64,000 nucleotides of DNA from Synechococcus sp. (lineage in GTDB: Bacteria > Cyanobacteriota > Cyanobacteriia > PCC-6307 > Cyanobiaceae). Made by a program: the position numbers and the translations under genes. Numbering within the stretch: the first letter of the stretch is position 1; each line of letters starts with the position of its first letter. The DNA is taken from assembly GCA_047285805.1 (NCBI GenBank), contig JBJBCN010000002.1, positions 896,001 to 960,000 of the forward strand, read 5' to 3'. Below the pieces are notes generated by a model, which was given only the letters and a program-made list of their open reading frames with translations, had not been told where the DNA came from and searched no databases. Shown here piece by piece: positions 63,320-64,000 of the stretch.

Positions 63320-64000
63320 GCCTCGAGGACGAAGGGAACCGGGTTCTGATCGCGGCGGTGCTGAACCGGCAGAGGAGCAGGTTGCTCCTGGCCGTCAAGT
63401 GCGGCCGTGGCCTCAAGGACACCACGCAGCGCGCGAGCGGCATGCAAAGACATGTCCCGCGGCACCGAGATGCGATCCCGCAGATACCGCAGCCCCACCG
63501 CCGTGCCGGTCGGAGGAGTGATCGCTCCGTTCTTGGGCTTGAGCAGCATGGTTAAGGCCGAACGTAGGGCTTGATCCAGGGCCGGACCCGACGAAGGATT
63601 CACCGCCATAAGCCGCTCTCGGTGCCGCAGCACCCGCGCGACCGCCTCAATCTGGGCACCCTCGGGCCGCTCCTGTCGAGTTTCGATCACCGCCTGATCC
63701 GCCACGGGCCAGGGCCCCTGATCGATCAGCTGGGCAACGCGCCGTTGCTCGGCGCCACCACTCGCCAAGCAACAGCCCATCTGCGGCGGCAGGTCATGGG
63801 CATGGGTGTGGAAATCGCTTTGGGTGCCCAGGTAGGTGAGGCGCTGCTCGAGGGCCGTGAACCAGCGATCGATGGCGGGGTGCTGCTGACGGATCCCGTA
63901 GCCCTTGTAATAGGCGAGGGAGGCGTTCATCCGCTCGAGGTAGGGGATGAAGATCACATCGGCGCTGCTGAAGCGCTCTAGAAAGAACGGACCAGGTGCC
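63316..64000 (-). CDS. Glutathione S-transferase family protein (5' part beyond the window)
   Basis: GPFFL..FSSADVIFIPYLERMNASLAYYKG, TQSDFHTHAHDLPPQMG and RDRISVPRDM motifs. Confidence 0.85.
   Translation of the reverse strand, partial: APGPFFLERFSSADVIFIPYLERMNASLAYYKGYGIRQQHPAIDRWFTALEQRLTYLGTQSDFHTHAHDLPPQMGCCLASGGAEQRRVAQLIDQGPWPVADQAVIETRQERPEGAQIEAVARVLRHRERLMAVNPSSGPALDQALRSALTMLLKPKNGAITPPTGTAVGLRYLRDRISVPRDMSLHAARALRGVLEATAALDGQEQPAPLPVQHRRDQNPVPFVLEA

Overview
GC-rich chromosomal window from a picocyanobacterium. Gene content (chlH, hli, CP12, SomA-type porins, marine-type pstS/phoB/phoR, glnN) points to Synechococcus/Cyanobium; this assignment is an inference. 1-18.8 kb is mostly core genes (apt, ubiH-like, hli, dapB, chlH, folP, tpiA, ABC exporter, cysK). 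18.9-42 kb is a nutrient-stress accessory region. It holds a lower-GC iron module (futA/idiA, PiuC-type dioxygenase, porin), a decayed YeeE/YedE gene, glnN, pirin, FMN reductase, sqr, a second porin, phoB-phoR, an orphan pstC with a probable pstA stub, pstS, arsR/gap/arsJ and CP12. 43-64 kb holds a SelD fusion, MFS and polar amino-acid ABC transporters, pyrC, an OprB porin, a decaying MFS/PGM1-like/USP block, ParB-like and COG4875 proteins, a permease and a GST. The most notable structure is two divergent porin genes sharing a ~430 bp near-identical 5' end as an inverted repeat around ~8 kb that carries both promoters. Both share a Yfr1-type target site at the RBS, and both carry an anti-RBS CTCACA motif between stop codon and terminator. 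I saw no rRNA, tRNA, CRISPR array, transposase or integrase. All family calls come from motif recognition by eye; no database searches were run.
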